A DNA stretch of 64,000 nucleotides, taken from contig OZ024742.1 of the NCBI GenBank assembly GCA_964016885.1, positions 110,918,001-110,982,000 on the forward strand, in the 5' to 3' direction. A program made the translations under genes and the position numbers. Within the stretch, counting starts at the first letter, position 1. Each line of letters opens with the position of its first letter. Source of the DNA: Eledone cirrhosa (taxonomy: Eukaryota). This document shows positions 1 through 15,068 of this stretch, piece after piece. Under the pieces are notes generated by a model. It was not told the DNA's origin. It searched no databases and saw nothing but the letters and a program-made list of their open reading frames with translations.

Positions 1-476
1 TTTCTCGTTGCAAATCACGATCGAAAATGTCGTTTACAGATCGATTCGGCGCAGGTATTCCCAATTGTACCAGTGTTTTGTTAGCGATTGCTAAACATAT
101 GACCTCAATCGAAACCAATGCTTCATTATACACGATTGGTGTGAATTGAATATTCAGATTTTGATTTGTTGCACGCAAACGATGTAGGATGTCTTCACTC
201 ATGTAGTCTTTGTATTTTTCCCAAAGATCTTTTGGATTTGATGGGAAGCACGTTGTCAATATTATTGCGAATAACGTGCGTATTTGCTGTGGTCGAGCAG
301 TATTCGATGCATCAGCGAGTGAAGTGTCCCAATGTCCATCATTTTCAAGAAGATTTAATTTTTGGCAAGCTTCACGATAAGTGGCACATACTTGACCGTT
401 TACTGTTCTCAATTCTTGGAATGATGTCGGTCCACGTACGTTGATTAACAATAATCGCAAGTAAAAGCATTCTGCA

Positions 477-1661
477 TTATTTGGGTGAACAGTACAAACG
501 GCCTAACGCGTCGGTCGAATATAAATTGGAATGTCCTTCAACTACTTTACCCTGTTTGCGACGTTTAAACTTTTTCGTTGATGTATTCCATGTGTAATAT
601 GTTGGCACTTCAGAATAAAGTAGTGTCTTTGCAAACACATCTTCACTGCACAATGAGAAAAATTCAGTTAACGTTGTTGGCGGTGGTGTCAATGCCCTTG
701 CACGTATATTTTCAGTTGTGAAGTATACGCGCTGTCCATTTTCAAGGTGCACCGCCAAATGAACAACTGTTGGATGTTGATAATGGATTGGAAATGAGAA
801 AATGCGCCGTACTGCTTCATTACTACTAATGTAGCGTACCAGTTGGTATTGGTCGATTTCATCGATAGATGCATTTGCATTGCACACTCCAAAAACTGCC
901 ATATCGCTTCCTTTGTTGATATATTTGCAAATGTACTTGATCGCTTTCACCGAATTGCAATACTCGACATTGATGTGTGCTTTGAACGTCTTTGAGAGTA
1001 ACGGTAAATATGGTACAACCCAACGATTATCGACTTCAACATAATTGTTTCGTACTTTTAAAGTGATGGATTTGCCGCCATCATCAGTTGCTCGTCGACG
1101 ATAGAGTGGATATCCGTCATTGCCAGTGATAGTCTCGGCAACTAAGTCTCTTGGGTATTGTTTCGTGCATTTCCCATCAGACATGCATGGTGAATTGTTG
1201 TTGAGTAAGCTACATGGACCATGAATCATGTTTTTAGTGACGACTTCAAATAAGTCTGGATCAACGTCGACATCTGGTATTTCTGCAGAGATGATTTGAT
1301 CAATTTGATCTGGTCTGACTTTTTCAATTAACCAAATCAAAATGTGTGCATGTGCCAATCCTCTTTTTTGCCATTCAATGGAAAACATCCAACAGCGTGT
1401 CTCTCCAAAAACATGATGCTTGACAATTAAATCCGTTAAAGATTTCAATTTTTGTTTGAACACACGCGCTGTAATATCATGACGATCCGAAGACGATTGA
1501 CCAGGTAACAAAAGTTCTTTAATTTCATCCCACGTAGGATTGCATGTGAATGTAATAAAAATATTTGGATGGCCATATGCGCGAACATATGTCATTGCAT
1601 CTTGTGCGTATTCATGCATGTGCCGTGGGCTCCCTGTAAATGTAGCGGGCAGTATGACCAT
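477..1661 (-). pseudogene. Helitron Rep (HUH endonuclease) domain
   Basis: Rep motif 1 FITFTCN, HUH motif 2 EWQKRGLAHAHIL, motif 3 KYICKY. Confidence 0.92.
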
Positions 1662-1671
1662 TTTTCCCCAA

Positions 1672-2205
1672 TTAATTAGGATTCATATTGCCATCATTAA
1701 CAATGGCATAACGTAAATGAATGTACTCTTCTGAACGTAGTTTGGTTTGATTCAATCGAATGTAGAGGAGTCGTTCAGTTTCGATTTTTGCATACATATC
1801 GACAATGTATTGATGGAACAATTGTCGACATTTCAAAATATGATTTTCACCGTTTTCACGAATCATTAATCTATATGAATAATAATTCATGGCACTGACT
1901 TTCTTATTCGTTTCCTCATCTGTTTGTGGATTTCTCAGTTTGATGTTGAAATGATATCCATCTTCTCCTTGCCAAAATAAAATCGGATATTGCAAACCAT
2001 CGTATGACCGATGCGTTTCTGAGACTCGCTGAACATCACCATTTATATCGCGCGAGTTAAATTCTTCACCTACAATAACGATCGCCTCTTCATCAATTGT
2101 TGGTGCATTGTACTGTCTTTGATGTTGGACAACAGGTGTTTTGTCTGCTCTAACTACAATTGTGTAGTCATCACTTGGCATTTGTTCAAGGGCAGCTCTG
2201 AACAA
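1672..2205 (-). pseudogene. Helitron N-terminal (Helitron_like_N) region
   Basis: QYNAPT, YDGLQYPILF, LFHQYIVDMYAKIETERL motifs. Confidence 0.9.
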
Positions 2206-3289
2206 TCGAATTAATTTGTTGTGTTGATTGAATAAAGTTTATAATGCAGTAACAATTTCTCGTTTAGTTCCCCTATTGAATTTGCAACGTTGATCTATTT
2301 GGTCATCAGTGTTTCCCATGAAATAAATTTAAAGAAATTTGTGATCTGCGTCCGGCAGTGGTAGTAGTGATCCAGCACGATGTTAAATTTGCCCTTGCAC
2401 TTTGAATGTTGGCATGTAATTCTCGCGCACGATATTTGTTGCACCGAACGATGTCATTTGGAAACATGAATTGTACTTGCGTATGTTTGCCAAGAAATGT
2501 TTAGATTCGCTTGTGTCCCCTGATACTAACGTTGATAATATTGATTTATGCATCTTCACAAAAAAAAATATATCTACATATACATATATACACATATATA
2601 TATATACATATACACATATATACATACACATACATATATACTATATTTTACAAATTATACTGAGATAAATGCAAACCTACCTCCTTCAGTCCTCTATCAT
2701 CAGTGTAGAATGAGAACACAGTAAAAGAATTGTGGAAAAGGATGGTATGGTGGTTACAGTAGAGAAAGATAATTAGGTCAGACCAATGGACAGCAAATTT
2801 AAGTACAATAGATTAATATGAAGAACATGTTATTTGTTTAATTTTTCATTGTTTTTCAATGTCTTATACATATATATATATTAAGATAAGCAGAACAAGC
2901 AAAATTTAACCAATTTTTAAAAATAAATTAAAAAATATAATATAAATATTTACCTCTTCTCATGGCCCTTACTGATCAGTTTCACTTTGTAAAACACCTG
3001 AAATCTTTGAAATTCGGCTTCGTAGAATCGAGACATATCCGAAGATATTGCGATTTGAGAGTCGCGTTTGATCATTGCATCAGTCGTGCCTCGAGCTGGT
3101 CACCAGAGAAACGATTGTAATATGTCTAATAAATCTTATTCGTCGCACCACTGATTCTCCGTTTCTTATGTGATAATATACTCTGCTCTTACAGAGCATC
3201 GAGTGGGCAAACGGCAGACCGCTTCCGGACGCTTTAAGCATCCCACACCAATTATATATATATATAAATACACACACACACACACACAT

Positions 3290-3323
<34 letters not shown>

Positions 3324-3700
3324 CTCTATATGCGATAAAGTTGTTTTGTGGAGCGATAGATTACTAGTCAGCATTAAGACATCTCTCCAGGAGAAAGTCA
3401 CTCTGATGTATCACCTATGACTTCGTTTGCATCCAACGATGTCGACCAGTTCTTATTTTGGGGTAAACGCATTCGATGTTCAGAGAGTTGGATTGACCCC
3501 GTGCAAAGCGTTTCCTCGGTTAAAAAAGCTCCAATCACAGGCATTGCTTGATATATGCCATTTTGGGGGATGAGTGGTATTACTGGTCATAGGCAAGTCC
3601 CTAGTAGACATAAAAAGCCATGTCTGTGATGATCATGCTTAAGTATACAGTGATGGCATTACTCAAAATTGAATAGCAGCCATCATCATCATCATGTATC

Positions 3701-3773
3701 TGTATGTATGTATGTATGTATGTATGTATGTATGTATGTATGTATGTATGTATGTATGTATGTATGTATGTAT
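3701..3773. repeat. (TATG)n microsatellite
   Basis: Directly visible perfect tetranucleotide run. Confidence 0.95.
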
Positions 3774-5743
3774 TTATGGGCGTGGGCGCGTGTGTGTGGT
3801 CTGAGAATGTATGTGTAATGTATTCAAGACGTTGGGGGGAAAAACACATACTGATATTGATTAAACAGACTCACGCACACACGAAAAAGCAGGTTTAAAG
3901 ATTGTTAATTAAGTGCATGGCTTTTGAATACCATTAAATCATACCAACGTTTTATGTTTATTCGAATTTAAAAGACATCTTAGTATATCCCTCATTACAT
4001 TCAGATCTAAAAAAGAATTTCCGTGAATTGATTTGCATTTTGACAATATTTATCTCGTAATGAGATGACTTTTGTACAACATATGACAAATTCGTGCCAT
4101 GATAACATTAATCTATCTGTTGAAATGAAGATGCTTTAACCCCATTCCCATCAACATTCCTGTAGGTATAATGACGTTTATATATATATATATATATATA
4201 TATATCCTGGCACTTGAACTAAAAGCCTGTTGAGAAAGTGACTTCTTTGTTCAATCATCTTACCAAAAGCTTAACATTATTTGTCTAAGCGGACAGTGCT
4301 TGGTTTAGGAGTCGCAGAAACCCAATTGCTGGATTTTCACTATTTTCAATCATTTTTTATTTGTTTGACCCGAATTACTTGGTCGTTTCTATGGCTGTGC
4401 GGATTATGGTTTAACCATCGTCTCAGTGTGTTTGGATTTTTAACGTATGTTGTAGCTCTGGTTCGTTAGAATCTATTGAGCGCTTGCCACACATTCGGAA
4501 GTTGTTTTTCGCTAATTTCCAAAGCCGAAGTACGATTTTCGCTAATTTATATTCAAAGAAAACTTTTAAAGAAAATTTTGATTAACTTTTCGAAAATTTA
4601 GGGAATATTTTTGAAGAAATGTTTTAAATTGTAAAAAAAATATTAACGAAAATGTTTGAATAAGATTGAGGATAGTTTTTCAGCTTAATTTTTATGGGTT
4701 TGTTTTAGAGAAATTTTTAATAAAAATTTTGAAGAAAATGTTAATGAAAATTTTTGGAAAATTTTTCATGGTAACCTTTGAGATATATTGATGAAGGTTT
4801 GTGAAATATTTTGAGAAAACCTTTGGGAAAAATATGTGGAATTTTTTTCAAGAAATATTTACATGTTCCAATTTCCCAAATTTATCTTTAGCATAATCTG
4901 AACAATCATTATTTTCCGTCTTATCACACAACGCTATTTAAAACAATGTCTTCCACAATTGAATATTAAAGTCACCAGACTCAGTTAAGTTGACATTCAC
5001 ATTTCTACTGAAGACATTTATACTAGGATACTTAAGAGACAAGTACTACTAAAGAATTTGACTCGTGTTACTCAACTTGAATAAGTTACCTGAAACATGT
5101 TTTTTAAGGATGACTGAATAGAAAACAAAAAGGATTTTATTTTGAGTCTGATGATACCTTTTCGATAAGCTACATAAAATAACCTAATTGATGCTAATAT
5201 TAACAGCATACTAATGCAAGAATAAATATCTAGCATAGGTAATATAGATACGCAAGTTTTGAGCTTTGTAAAACGTTCTATTATAAATGGTGTTTGTAAA
5301 CAAAATATACTTCCGAAATATCATAGCACATCTCTCTATTTTGTGTATTAAATCACAGAAAATCAATTAGATAAATCACTTAGAATTATAGCATTTGATG
5401 GAGCTTATGCGATTAAAATTATCTCTGTCAATATCTGACATCACATGAGGAAGATTGTTGCAAGAAAATTACACATCAGAATGCAGTCATGAGAAATCAG
5501 ATATATCCTTCAATTACAGTGTCATTGACGTTAAGCGCAAGCAATCTGACGAAAAAAAAAAAAAAGAGAAACTGACACTTCAATCAGAAGCAAATCATCT
5601 AACTGAACAATGACATTCAACTGACCAGCTGTCATTTCATCCCGCGAAAAGCAATGAAATCATGTTTATTGCATGTATGTATATACAAATATATGTATAT
5701 ATATATACACACACACACGCAAACACACACATATATATATCAG

Positions 5744-6320
<577 letters not shown>

Positions 6321-6361
6321 TAAACACACACACACACACACATATATATATACATACATAC

Positions 6362-6550
6362 GGCGTGTAGCTGATTGGTTAGAGAACTGGATTCGCAATC
6401 GTGAGGTTGTCACTTCGATTCCTGGACCGGGCGATGCGTTATGTCCTTGAGCAAGTCACTTTATTTCACGTTGCTCCTTCTACCTGGAGTTGCGACCAAT
6501 AGATAGATTAGCAATTGGAAAGATCAACGGAAACATTGTTTCCTCCGTCC
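6362..6550 (+). mobile_element. tRNA-derived SINE (family 2, V/Meta-like core)
   Basis: A-box-like gtagctgattggttag, B-box-like cttcgattcc, core gtccttgagcaagtcactt; second copy at 59560-59752 (-). Confidence 0.75.
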
Positions 6551-6596
6551 GATTTGACGAAAGTTGATCCATATATATCTATATATATATATATAT

Positions 6597-6795
6597 GTAA
6601 ATCAAAGAGGGTGTGGTAAGATACCAGGTGGACCATAACGCAAAGTACTCGATACTTGGGGTAGTAGAGTGGGTAATAGGAAAAGATTCGGCACCCCGAC
6701 GGCTGATCTCCGGATGTTTAGACAGCTAGATCCGAATATTCGGATCTAGCTGTCGAAACAGCTGGAGGTCAGCTGTCGGGGTCCTGAATCTTTTC
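6597..6795 (-). mobile_element. Fold-back insertion: 58-bp imperfect palindrome plus ~80-nt extension, in (TA)n; probable PLE 3' end
   Basis: Arms 6680-6737 / 6738-6795 centred on gaatattc; unpaired tail 6597-6679; TA runs on both sides. Confidence 0.65.
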
Positions 6796-7018
6796 ATATA
6801 TATATATATACATACGAGAGTCGGCTGAAAATTTCATAGGCTGACCAAAATATTCTCATTGGATGACCAAATGGGGTTTCCAACATAGTTCGTGGAAAGA
6901 AACAATGCAGTTATTAATACGAATAGATGCAATCAATGAATGCAAGATTTCACATCACTAGCATCACTCCTTCATATACAGCCTATGCACTTTTCATCTT
7001 ACCCTCATATATATGTAT

Positions 7019-7155
<137 letters not shown>

Positions 7156-8312
7156 GTATTACAAATGAAGTGCATATCAATTCTTGGAAACTAACGATCT
7201 GGTAATCATCATCAAAATCATTATTTAAAGAAGTTAAGAACTTTCCCTAACAAAGTTGATAAAACCATGAAAGAGACTAATTTAATCTCATTTTCTGTGG
7301 CAGATGTGACATTTGGAGTGTTTGGCGTTATCTATTTATCTAATAGCTGTCTAGACCGTTGTAATTAACTTAGCAAAACCTTTCTTATTCAAATCTACTT
7401 ATGTATTTCTCAGGAAATATTTTTTATCTATTTGTCCCTTGCAAGGTGTCTTCATTTACCAGTAAATATACGTAAGTTAAATGGAAGTTCATTAAAGCAA
7501 ATGAGCAAAAAATAAATAGATATGGTGTACTATGAGAGTATTTTTTACATCATTGCCCTTTTATCTATGGAATGGTTGCTTAGGAAACACCATTAAGCAC
7601 TTCGATTTAGCTGTTTTGACAATTATTCAACGCACAAAGTATATACAGTATAGACAAAGCCAGAAATATTTCATGATCAGAGCGATGGAAGCTGAACTAT
7701 TGGCACAGCTAAAACTAATCGCAAACGGGTCACACGCTTTCCATCCGTGGAAATTCTCTTTGACAATGAAAAGAGGTTCAAACTAATAAAAATAACCTCC
7801 TAAGTCATGAAGAATTTCTTGATAAAAATGCAGCAGAAAATATATTACATTCACCTATGTACTTATAATTCTATCATTTACAGAATATAACTATCTTCAG
7901 AATATTTAATATAAAACTTCTGAAGATGCCTGATGAATGAAACGGTTAATCAAGAAAGAAAATATCGGTTGGGAAATTGAATGCTTCCTTATACGAATTT
8001 ATTAGGAAGCTCGTCAGAGAGATTGACGCTATGTAGGTATGTATCTAACCATATTGGGTAGCTACAACATTTAATGAAAAGAACAAGCTTCATATGAAAA
8101 AGGAAACAAAAACAGCTACACATTTATATATGAAAGGTTTCCTGAATAAAATAACTTTTGCGCCCCAAACTATTTCCTGATGGAAATTTTCCTATAAACA
8201 ACTTAGTACACAACAAATTCCGAGTTGTTTTAATTTAATAAACATCAAATTATATCGATTTGTTGACAATTTACATCACAAAATGTCAGTCTATATAAAT
8301 TTGGCATTTTAA

Positions 8313-8905
8313 AATAATTGTTTCTACTTTAGGCACAAGGCCAGCAATTACCCAGTGCATTACTGGTACTTTATTTTATCGACCCCGTAAGGATGAAAGG
8401 CAAAGTCAACCTCGGCGGGATTTGAACTCAGATCGTAAAGGGACGTAACTATGCTGGAAAGCATGGCGTCCGACCCTCTACCGATACTGCCAATCCACTG
8501 ATTACTACTATAAGCACAAGACCAGCAATTTAGGGGTCGGGGAAAGTCGATTAAATCGACCCCAGTCCATTACTGGTACTTTATTTTCTCGACCTCGTAA
8601 CGTTGAAAGGCAAAGCTAACTTTGGCGGGATTTGAACTCAGAACATAAAGGGCCATAACTCTGCTGCAATGCAGGGATTCTGACGCTCTACCGATACTGC
8701 CAATCCACCTTCATAATAATTGTTTCTACATTTGGCACAAGGCCAGCAATTACCCAGTACATTACTGGTACTTTATTTTATTGACTCCGTAATGATGAAA
8801 GGCAAAGTTAACCACGGCGGGATTTGAACTCAGTCCGTAAGTGGACGTAACTATGCTGCAAAGCATAGCGTCTGACCCTCTACCGATACTGCCAATCACC
8901 GCCCT
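8313..8905 (-). mobile_element. Three head-to-tail copies of tRNA-derived SINE (family 1, Deu/Nin-like core)
   Basis: Reverse complement shows ggattggcagtatcggtagag (A box), gagttcaaatcccgcc (B box), core cctttcatccttacggggtcgataaaataaagtaccag and an (att)n tail. Confidence 0.85.
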
Positions 8906-9137
8906 AATAATCCACCTTCATAATAATGTTATGGAGGCAGACTTACATGAGCCCAATCAAACGAAGAACGAAGACGACAACCACCATCTTTATAATAATG
9001 GACTGACGAATTTCTGACTGAAAACTTGACAATAGTCTTTAAAATGTCAAAGGAATGTAATTCGCTACTTTCAAGGAATATAAAGGTGATAAGACTTCAT
9101 AATATAGAATTTAGGCTTAAATTAAAGTTGAAGTTCA

Positions 9138-9330
9138 TAATAATTGTTTCTATTTTTGGCACAAGGCCAGCAATTACTCCAGTGTATTACTGGTACTTTA
9201 TTTTATCAACCCCCGTAAGGATGAAAGGCAAAGTTAACCTGGGCGGAATTTGAACTCAGATCATAAAGGGCCATTACTCTATGCTGCAAGCATGGCGTCC
9301 GACCCTCTACCGATACTGCCAATCCACCGC
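9138..9330 (-). mobile_element. SINE family 1 copy
   Basis: Same consensus as 8313-8905. Confidence 0.85.
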
Positions 9331-10456
9331 TCATTGAAGTTCATAATAACGTTATATGAACAAGATTCATGAAATATCTCGGGATCGTTCAATTTTGCGT
9401 GAGTGAAGCGTAACAATGGATAAATGGCTGCAGAAGAAATTCTGATAAAAAGTACCAAATTTGTTTGAATAGAGCTTATCTCCGCCAACTCATTTAGCAA
9501 CAACTTATACGACACAGACACCCCATACACACACAAACACTCAAGTCGGTGGCCGTCGACTCTCATATATTTGTTTACAATATAAGATAAACGATGCTAG
9601 TTTCGAAGTTTTTTTAACTAATGTCTAAAACTGTATGACTAGTTCAACTATTCTTAACCACGCCTCTAAATCTTGGAGAAACATATATCATTCTTACAAA
9701 GCACATTGACTCAAGAACAGTCGCTTTATTGTAAGGTATTACCATCGATATACAGATACTTGTCGATTATAAACTCCAAGTATAGTTTACAATAACATAT
9801 TAGAGGTCTTTTCAATAAAATCAAGACCATTGAAATTTATTTAAAATTGGATCAAGTGTATATTTCTTTGAAAATATTATGTATTTTTACATTTAAATGT
9901 AATGTGTACAAGGCTAAAAAAATTCTACTATAGGAAACCGTGTATATTATTTTGCTATAGGATTACATTAAAAATTAAGAAATACAATGTTATTTCTTCT
10001 TCTCGCTGCCACCAAACTAAAGAACGATATCTATAGTTCGCCGTATTTTTTGGTTGATAAATGTAAATAAGTACAGCGTAAAGTTTTGTATCCTTGCAAC
10101 ATTCTAATTAATGCATGTTTTGAAGAGATACGTTTATGAATATATAGATTACGATTATCTTGTTGGAAGTAATTTTCTCCATGCAATAACTAGTTGTTGA
10201 AATGACATAACAGTTCTGTAGGAACAAGGACCAAGCAAACAAAACAACTGACAATAACCCTTAAAATGAAAGAGTACGAACACGTTTTCTTTGAATACTC
10301 GAGTGTATATCACGAACAGCAAAAAATAATCTAAAAAAATGTTTTTCTTTATAATACCTGTCGGTACAAAATGAACGGCCAGATAAGAAAAGACGTATGA
10401 ATACATAAAGTTAGTGTCCACCCCTCCCCACAGATACCCTCCCCCATCAATATATA

Positions 10457-10538
10457 CAGGGTGTTTCCACAAAATGTATACACACTTCAACAGCATTCTA
10501 ATAAATAACGTATGTGGACATTTTTTGGGGACACCTTG
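10457..10538. mobile_element. Tiny Tc1/mariner-type MITE
   Basis: TA-cagggtgtttccacaaaatgt ... acattttttggggacaccttg-TA: imperfect TIRs with TA flanks. Confidence 0.65.
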
Positions 10539-10554
10539 TATATAATCTATTCTA

Positions 10555-12875
10555 TTAGCATCCGTCGGTCTCGAAAGACCATGGATCTGGGGCTGGAGAA
10601 TGTTGCGGTGGCTGTACAGGCCCACACAAGAATGGCAGTCTTATATACAGAGACGACTGCATTTGAAGATGCTCTTCCCCAATGCTACTATGTTGTCCTT
10701 TCTTCGAACGCGCTTTTATTCGGTGGCAAGTTTCAGTGTCTCTTTCTCTCACTCCACCCCATTGCGCAATACTCGTCTCCATCGTGGGACATCATTAGCG
10801 ACCTCCTCCCAACTCTGGATGTCGAGATCTATTGACTTTATATCTCTCCTGCAGAAGTCCTTTAAACGAGGATGAGGTCATCCTCATGCTCTTGTCTCTG
10901 TAGTCAGTGTCCCTCACAGTAGGTCATTTAGGATCTTCCAGTCCTGCATACGATATACGTTACTGAGCCAGCGCAGACGAGGTGTAGGGTGAATATGCTT
11001 GATGTTGTGACACGGCTGCCGACTTCAGTGCTGGTGATCCGGTCGGTTCACTTGATATCCAAAATTCGTCAGGCTACGAAGGTGGAAGAGATTGCCGTAA
11101 ATTAGTGTGTTGCAGACACGCCTTCTAGACAGCAATCTTGGTGCTTGTAGTTAGTTTTCTGTTCTCACTGTTGGTTGCTTGTCCAACTCTTATGCTGATC
11201 TCTGGGTCCAAGTAGAAGTTGTCAATGATGGTTGTGTCGAGGTAGATGAATTCGTGGACCACCTCCAGCATGTAGTTGTTGATGACGATTGTAGGTGGCG
11301 ATTGATACCATGGTGCAGTACGTTAGTTTTCTTCAGACTAATAGAATAGACATGCTGAATTCCTGACAGACCCTCGAGAGTTTGTCCATGAGGTGGTACA
11401 TTTTCTCCTCAGAGTGCGCTGCCAATGCTGTGTCATTTGCAAACAGCATTTCTCTGATGAGTACCTGTCGAACCCTGGATTTCGAATTCAGCCTTCACAG
11501 ACTAAACCGGATCCCGTTTGATCTGGTGTAGAGATAGACACATTCAGTTGACATTCCAAATAAGTTTCCCAGCTTGACTGCGAAAATGATACCAAACAGG
11601 GTGGCGTAAGCATACAGCTCTGCTTCAGACCACTGCATATGTAAACTGCCTCCGAAGAAGAGCCAACAAATTGAACAAGACCTTTCATATCTGCATAAAA
11701 TGATTGGACTATCCCGAGAAGTCTTGGAGGACAACCACCGTTGACAAGGATTTTGAACAAGCTGTCTCTGCTAACAAAGTCAAATTCCTTCTTGATATCG
11801 ATGAAGGTGATGTAGAATGGTTGCCTTTGCTATAGGCACTCCTTCTGAAGCTGTCGAAGGAGGAAGATCATGTCGATGATGAAGCGTCCTGACTTGAAAC
11901 CACACTGAGATTCGCCGTATACCCTTTCAGCGATCTTCTGTAGTCTGTTCGGGTCCACGTGGGCAAAGACTTTCCCAGTGATGCTTAGTCCCTTCTTTTA
12001 CCATTATTATTTAGTAAGGAGAGCGTCTTCAGTGACTTGAGGAATGTAACTATTTGGCTGACTGCTGGGTCGCAGTAGCATTGATAGGCTGGTTGTGCGG
12101 AGGCTTTGCGTAGGGCATCATTTTTGGTTGGAATTTGAGATGACAGCAAACCAGGAAATGATCTATCTGTGTTACAGTCACCGTTCTGAAGGGAGCAAGT
12201 CAGGATCACGTTTCTCAGGCGGTTATATAGCAGATCTAGCTGGTGGCAGTACTCCGAGCGAGGAAGACTCCAGGAAATGTTACGTTGAGCCTTGGCCTGG
12301 AAATCGGTGTTAGTGACACATAGTCCTCAGAACATATACTCGTATAGCTCAAGCAGTCGTTACCCATTGTCATTAATGTTAGCGAATCCTTACCGTCTCA
12401 GACACCCTGTCAAGGAGTCATAGTCTGTTCCCACTCTTGCGTTGAAGTCGCCAAGTAGCACCAACTGTACTCCATTTGGAATTCACCTGTATTTTTCTTG
12501 GGAGCTGTTTTTGTAAATATGATCGTTGTCGTCTTGTGTTGGGTTGGGGTATAAGCACTGCAAAAGGTTGACAGGCCCATCTAGTGTGTCCAATCGAAGT
12601 GGAAGGATCCTCTCCGAACTGTCGTTGCCGAGTCATAACATCTTCAACTGCTTTCGGGACTCCGATTCCGGATATATCCCCGGGGAAACTCGTGAAGTCT
12701 TTTCCATCTGTGGGTATAGCCGCAATGCAGCGGAGATTATGCTCATAGGTTCACCTTCTCTTAGATGGATTCCCCTCTTAGGCTGATGCGTTTCATTTAC
12801 CCTGAGCACTAGTTTGAAGGCGTCAAGACCCACCAAAACCACTTCTCTTGTCAGTAGGGAGAGTTGTGCCACCTA
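10555..12875 (-). mobile_element. RTE-clade LINE, degenerate, with internal deletions
   Basis: RT fragments (LFKILVNGGCPPRLLGIVQSFYADM...SGLKQSC), EN remnant (LLGDFNARVG), C-terminal IDLDIQSWEEVANDVPRWR and ...GLYSH, RTE-type 5' UTR. Confidence 0.85.
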
Positions 12876-12887
12876 AAGTATAACAAT

Positions 12888-13073
<186 letters not shown>

Positions 13074-13728
13074 TGCAGGCATAAGGTTAAAAAAACATTC
13101 GCTAAATGCAAACTAGATTAGAACAGGATTCGATCTCAGATACCAATAATTTACTATGCCCTACCTTTTGTAGGCATTTCAACTTTTCACATTGCACCCA
13201 AATAATTCAGTAGTCTTCAAAAACCTCCCTACTTCCTTCATTTCCTTCTCCACTCTCTATCTTATTCTTAATGTTCACCATTTCCTTACAGGTGCCCCCT
13301 TTTCTCTCCCCTCTCTTCCCTTTTGACCATATAAGGCGAACACTGAAACCTTCACCCATATCAATGGTCAAAGATAAATTGTTCCAGATCAGAGCGCACT
13401 TCTCACTCTAACTTACTGTATTTTATTTCATCTTATTTTATTGTCATTTGATTTATTCTCGTTCTTTTTTATTTTCTTAAACATAAATACCATTTTTAAA
13501 TTGACAACAAATTGCTGAATTCTATGGCATATTGGAAATACCCTACCACAAACATTTAAAACATTTGTGAAGACGTGTGAAAATAATTAAGTATTGCATA
13601 TGATTAAACAATATATATTGTAGTCAGCATATATAGACTATTATAATAGGCACAGAAACATATGTTAAAGCCAATAAATTCTTACTTTCTCCTCTCGCCG
13701 AAGTCTATATTTTTTTTGATATAATTGC

Positions 13729-13805
<77 letters not shown>

Positions 13806-14250
13806 GTGTGTCTGCACGCATTGTGTGCACGCATGTGTGTGTGCGTGAGGGTGTATATACAATCATATATATATATGTATATATGTATGTATGGTGTTGC
13901 CTGTGTGGAGTTGGGTGTGGGTGTGCGATGTGGTGTGTATGTATACAGCGTGTGGGGTGTTAGTGTGTATACATATATATTCATGTACACATATAAGTAT
14001 GTGATTGTTTTAACCTTAGAGAAAAGAATGCAACTGATGGAATGAGCAGCCGATATTGATGTAGTGAACAATGATCTAACATTTCACCTCTAACATCAAA
14101 TGTCAAATAATTATTCATTCACGCACCACTGATTACTAATCAGATATACAATTAAACAGATAAAGTATATATGCACACTCACATGCATACACAAACAACA
14201 CATGTATCTATCTAATTATCTATCTACCCAATATATATATATATATATAT

Positions 14251-14507
<257 letters not shown>

Positions 14508-14573
14508 AATGGAATAGAATGAAACGAAATTTCATTCTCACTCTTAGTACGGCACTTACTTAAATGTAAGTAT

Positions 14574-14616
14574 ACGATGCTGACGGTAGCTAATAATCTT
14601 GAAACTAGTACATCGT
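14574..14616 (+). ncRNA. Hammerhead motif, core variant CTGACGG
   Basis: acgatg-CTGACGG-tagctaataatctt-GAAA-ctag-TA-catcgt. Confidence 0.6.
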
Positions 14617-15025
14617 TCCTGTGTCAGTGTTGAACTAAAAGGTGACGTGGTTCCCTAAACACTGTACGGCGTAATTCGGGCTGTTTGTTTGTTTACAAAC
14701 AAACAAATCGAGCATTATAATAAATGTTCGGTAAACCGATACGTGCATATATATATATATATATGTGTGCATGTATGTATATATATATACATAGTACTGT
14801 ATGTCTGTATACATATATGTATGTACGTATACATACATACTTACATTTAAGTAAGTGCCGTACTAAGAGTGAGAAATGAAATTTCGTTTCATTCTATTCC
14901 ATTTATCGTTTTCGGTGTGCCCGGCCGACTGAACTCACTCGATGTGCAAATTAGGCTGCTCAGCCGTTAATATGCATAAGGAAAGTACATACTTTCAGAC
15001 GTTCAACCATCTGGCAGGAAGGTAT

Positions 15026-15068
15026 ACGATGCTGACGATAGCTAATAATCTTGAAACTAGTACATCGT
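15026..15068 (+). ncRNA. Minimal type I hammerhead motif
   Basis: acgatg-CTGACGA-tagctaataatctt-GAAA-ctag-TA-catcgt; 6-bp stem I, palindromic CTAG stem III, weak stem II. Confidence 0.75.

Larger units (their letters stand above)
1..2535 (-). mobile_element. Helitron (RepHel) fragment, 5'-truncated, continues beyond window start
   Basis: Collinear minus-strand ORF pieces 2383-2530, 1672-2205 and 477-1661 with Helitron motifs (NIRKYNSCFQMTSFG; YDGLQYPILFWQGEDGY; LPATFTGSPRHM; FITFTCNPTW; IEWQKRGLAHAHILIW; KYICKYINKG), separated by stops and frameshifts. Confidence 0.95.

Noticed and set aside
2650-2710. Minus-strand acaCTGATGAtagag... possible hammerhead
   Set aside because: No GAAA box or convincing stem III; at best a decayed remnant.
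4540-4860. A/T-run-rich gaaaattttt quasi-repeat
   Set aside because: Degenerate low-complexity sequence without a definable period.
7915-7960. ctgaagatgcctgatgaatgaaacgg, hammerhead-like words
   Set aside because: Stems I and II cannot be formed.
8313-8905. Regularly spaced repeats superficially like a CRISPR array or tRNA cluster
   Set aside because: Units are ~190-bp SINEs with degenerate pol III boxes, without spacers or a full cloverleaf.
12630-12875. Possible HDV-like ribozyme in the RTE 5' UTR
   Set aside because: Known for some RTEs, but I could not fold the nested double pseudoknot by eye.
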